This document shows, piece by piece, positions 62,259 to 64,000 of a stretch of 64,000 nt of DNA. Source of the stretch: Opitutaceae bacterium. Its GTDB lineage: Bacteria > Verrucomicrobiota > Verrucomicrobiia > Opitutales > Coraliomargaritaceae. The position numbers and the translations under genes are program-made. The stretch is taken from assembly GCA_051252375.1 (NCBI GenBank), contig JBPOFY010000002.1, positions 64,001-128,000 of the forward strand, read 5' to 3'. Numbering within the stretch: the stretch's first letter is position 1; each line of letters opens with the position of its first letter. The notes under the pieces were generated by a model that searched no databases, was not told the DNA's origin, and worked only from the letters and a program-made list of their open reading frames with translations.

Positions 62259-64000
62259 GTGCAGATAACCGACTTCCACGCCAAATACTACGCACATGAA
62301 CTGACGTCGAAGAACGTCGAAGGCGTTGGACGTCTATCTCGGGCGCTCTTCGATGCTCAGGTTGACCTAAACCCTCATCAGATCGAGGCCGCGCTCTTTG
62401 CGCTCAACTCGCCACTATCTAAGGGCGTAATCCTCGCAGACGAGGTCGGGCTAGGGAAAACGATCGAGGCGGGCATTATTCTCTGTCAGCTATGGGCTGA
62501 ACGAAAGCGTCGTATTTTGATCATTGGGCCGGCAGCGATTCGCAAGCAGTGGTCGCTCGAAATGGAGGAGAAATTCAACCTGCCTTGCACCGTATTTGAT
62601 GCAAAGGCCTATAAGGCGCGTCAAAAAGAAGGGAATCCAAGGCCATTTGACACCAAAGAGGTGATCGTCGTGTCCTACCACTTTGCGAACCGATACAAGG
62701 AGGAGATCCGTAGTATCGCTTGGGATATGGTCGTGATCGACGAAGCCCACAAGCTGCGCAACGCCTACCGCCCCAGTAATAAACTCGGGCAAGGCATTCG
62801 CTGGGCTGTGGAAGATCGCAAGAAGATCCTGCTCACCGCGACGCCACTTCAAAACTCCCTGCTAGAGCTTTACGGTCTATCGACGATCATTGACGACATG
62901 ATTTTTGGTGATGTTGGGGCGTTCCGATCTCAATATATCAACAATGGCGGCAACACTGAAGAGCTACGCCAGCGGCTGAGTGGCTTTTGTAAGCGCACAC
63001 TACGCAATCAGGTCACTGAATATGTGAGCTACACCAAGCGTCGCCCAATTACTCGACCATTCAATCCGACCGACAACGAGCAGAAATTCTACGATTCGGT
63101 ATCGGCCTTCCTCCAGCGTGACGAGAGCTATGCGATTCCTAAACAACGGCGTCATTTGGTGATTCTCATTATGCGCAAGCTCTTGGCGTCATCCGTCGAC
63201 GCAATCGCTGGCACGCTGGAAACCATGGTTAAACGCCTGGTCGACTTGCGAGATGGTAAGGTCGCTGAAATGAGCCTGCCTCAACAGCTGATCCAAGACG
63301 AAGACCTTGAAGATGAACTGCTCGACGAAATCATCGACGAAATCGAAGATGAACAGTCAGATGAGGAAGCCGCCCTACCCGCCCTCAACATCAAGCACCT
63401 GTCTGAAGAAATTGAAGAACTCGAAGCACTGGTTACTTGGGCACGCTCAATCGGCACCGAGACGAAGACCAAAGCATTGGTTCAGGCCCTTTCTGCTGGA
63501 TTTAAAAACATGTCAGAGATGGGTGCTGCTCACAAAGCCCTCATCTTTACAGAGTCCCGCAGAACACAAGATGGCTTGAAGACCTATCTTGAGGCCAATG
63601 GCTATGCCGGGAAAGTGATCCTCTTCAACGGCACCAACGCAGGCCCCGAGGCAAAGGCTATCTATGAAAACTGGATCGAGAAGAACCGTGAAACTGGCCG
63701 CGCTTCAGGTTCGCGGGCCGTGGATGCCCGCACCGCGATCATTGAGAACTTCCGCGATAGTGCGTCGATCCTGATTGCCACTGAGGCTGCCGCCGAGGGC
63801 GTAAATATGCAGTTCTGCTCGCAGATCGTAAATTACGACCTACCTTGGAACCCTCAGCGCATTGAGCAACGCATTGGCCGTTGTCATCGTTACGGGCAGA
63901 AGCACGACGTGGTCGTGATCAATTTCATCAATAACCGCAACGAGGCCGACCAACGCGTCCACCAACTCCTGCAGGATAAATTTCTCCTCTTCGATGGTGT
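62259..64000 (+). CDS. SNF2-family (SF2) helicase/ATPase, truncated by the window end; absent from the ORF track
   Basis: Hand translation from GTG 62259: MQITDFHAKYYAHEL...LNPHQIEAALFAL...ILADEVGLGKTIEAG...VIDEAHKLRN...LTATP...EAAAEGVNMQF...NYDLPWNPQRIEQRIGRCHRYGQ. Confidence 0.9.
   Translation, partial: MQITDFHAKYYAHELTSKNVEGVGRLSRALFDAQVDLNPHQIEAALFALNSPLSKGVILADEVGLGKTIEAGIILCQLWAERKRRILIIGPAAIRKQWSLEMEEKFNLPCTVFDAKAYKARQKEGNPRPFDTKEVIVVSYHFANRYKEEIRSIAWDMVVIDEAHKLRNAYRPSNKLGQGIRWAVEDRKKILLTATPLQNSLLELYGLSTIIDDMIFGDVGAFRSQYINNGGNTEELRQRLSGFCKRTLRNQVTEYVSYTKRRPITRPFNPTDNEQKFYDSVSAFLQRDESYAIPKQRRHLVILIMRKLLASSVDAIAGTLETMVKRLVDLRDGKVAEMSLPQQLIQDEDLEDELLDEIIDEIEDEQSDEEAALPALNIKHLSEEIEELEALVTWARSIGTETKTKALVQALSAGFKNMSEMGAAHKALIFTESRRTQDGLKTYLEANGYAGKVILFNGTNAGPEAKAIYENWIEKNRETGRASGSRAVDARTAIIENFRDSASILIATEAAAEGVNMQFCSQIVNYDLPWNPQRIEQRIGRCHRYGQKHDVVVINFINNRNEADQRVHQLLQDKFLLFDG

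Larger units (their letters stand above)
59721..64000 (+). mobile_element. Left end of a tRNA-Thr-integrated genomic island
   Basis: Tyrosine recombinase gene and arm-site-like repeats immediately after the tRNA 3' end, then accessory cargo. The right att site is not in the window. Confidence 0.75.

Noticed and set aside
62490..63579. Short ORF-track entries in the last 1.7 kb
   Set aside because: Alternative-frame or antisense ORFs inside the SNF2 helicase gene.

Overview
A bacterial chromosome segment, probably from a marine Verrucomicrobiota (Opitutales-like) organism. That assignment is inferred from gene content and protein style, not from a search. The left and middle parts hold housekeeping and accessory genes: the end of an RND pump, a Tat oxidoreductase, a PfkB kinase, ahpF-ahpC with a divergent oxyR, an ImpA-type metalloprotease, a multidomain sulfatase, an OM barrel-YfiR-hybrid kinase operon, a beta-strand-repeat surface protein, a CheB/CheR-PAS kinase-NarL cluster, radD and a glutaminase. 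A HUH/Y1 (RAYT-like) transposase with perfect 31-bp terminal inverted repeats follows, preceded by a relic copy of its 3' end and followed by an AT-rich island of orphan genes. Next come a class Ic-like (tyrosyl-radical-less) nrdB with nrdA under tandem NrdR boxes, an ECF sigma/anti-sigma operon, and tRNA-Lys plus tRNA-Thr. A genomic island begins at tRNA-Thr and runs off the right edge. It carries an atypical tyrosine recombinase, a SeqA homologue enclosed by 62-bp direct repeats that copy the recombinase 3' end, and a SNF2 helicase that is missing from the ORF track. This integrase-SeqA-SNF2 module is the best candidate for an undescribed system, possibly methylation-reading defence. All family calls are from motif recognition by eye; no database searches were run.
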